Of a DNA stretch of 64,000 nt, positions 63,450 through 64,000 are shown piece by piece. Position numbers and translations under genes: made by a program. Numbering within the stretch: the stretch's first letter is position 1; each line of letters starts with the position of its first letter. This stretch comes from Scyliorhinus canicula (taxonomy: Eukaryota). The DNA lies in NCBI RefSeq assembly GCF_902713615.1, contig NC_052147.1, positions 82,238,091 to 82,302,090 on the forward strand, given 5' to 3'. The notes under the pieces are model-generated. The model did not search any database, had not been told where the DNA came from, and was given only the letters and a program-made list of their open reading frames with translations.

Positions 63450-63663
63450 TAGGTGAGGTTATGTGTAAAGTTGCCATAATCCCAGGTAACCATAGGCTGC
63501 TTTCCCCTTTTGAGGAGGAGAGCTGACTGGTGGTGATTTAACCTGAGGATCACCACACCTCAGGAAAGGGGCACGGTTGAATAACTTCAGGTATGGGAAT
63601 TGAACCCACGCTGCTAGTCTCCCTCTGAATCAGCAGTCTAGCCAACTGAGCTAAACCGGCCCC
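63450..63663 (-). mobile_element. tRNA-derived SINE
   Basis: Head gggccggtttagctcagttggctag and B box gggttcaattccc, similar to the 1951-2133 head. Confidence 0.6.
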
Positions 63664-63756
63664 GGGTGAGGTTATGTACACAGATGATAGCAAATGATAT
63701 GTGCTCAACCACACTGGCATAATGCAGCATTGCTTTAACATATTGTCTACTGTTGA

Positions 63757-64000
63757 GGGGACCAACGGTGATGTGTAAGAGCAAGTCGCACGAAAGGTGG
63801 CTCCCACCAGGGTCCTTGTTTTTCGATCCCTTTTGCTCGTTTTTTGGGGGTTCTTTGTTTTTAAATCCAGCTGGCAGATCTCGGTAACGGTTAGTCGACA
63901 GAGCTATGTTGAAGTTCCTGATAAAAAAGCCCTCTGGAAAGAAACCCCACACTGGTAACCCGGCAAGACAATTTGAAGGAGAGAAGATGGCAGAGGTGGC
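63757..64000 (+). mobile_element. L1-like LINE 5' UTR running off the window end
   Basis: The gtcgcac...ggtggctccc motif is shared with the 5' UTRs of the L1s at 25668 and 60645. Confidence 0.55.

Noticed and set aside
1951-63663. tRNA genes suggested by A/B boxes
   Set aside because: All are SINE heads continuing into V-domain or other SINE bodies, and no complete cloverleaf was seen.
1-64000. CRISPR arrays or prokaryotic operons
   Set aside because: No regularly spaced repeat-spacer array was seen, and the sequence is a vertebrate intron.

Overview
Eukaryotic genomic DNA, very likely a shark or other elasmobranch (inferred from HE1/V-SINE-type SINEs, HER1-like CR1 LINEs and DeuSINE remnants). 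The only host gene is STRN3 (striatin-3/SG2NA, + strand): two coding exons (333-466 and 52050-52225) separated by a 51.6-kb intron, followed by more intron. Almost everything else is nested mobile DNA: CR1, L1/Tx1-like, Rex1/Babar and Penelope retroelements, a Gmr1-like (integrase-before-RT) Gypsy element, solo LTRs, PIF/Harbinger remnants with their MITEs, and many tRNA-derived SINEs. The main highlight is a ~4.3-kb R2 retrotransposon of the A-lineage type (3 zinc fingers, Myb, RT, CCHC, restriction-like endonuclease). It has no 28S rDNA flanks, lies in the inter-ORF spacer of a full-length L1, and has a structured 3' UTR and an (ATCT/ATCTA)n tail. A near full-length CR1 carries a U_UUA_AAC -1 frameshift heptamer at the ORF1/ORF2 junction and a canonical spliceosomal intron in its 5' UTR. 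A 170-bp palindrome carries Penelope-type minimal hammerhead ribozyme cores. Most short ORFs in the track are spurious or are fragments of decayed TEs. Family names come from remembered motifs, not from database searches, and TE boundaries are approximate unless a TSD is given.
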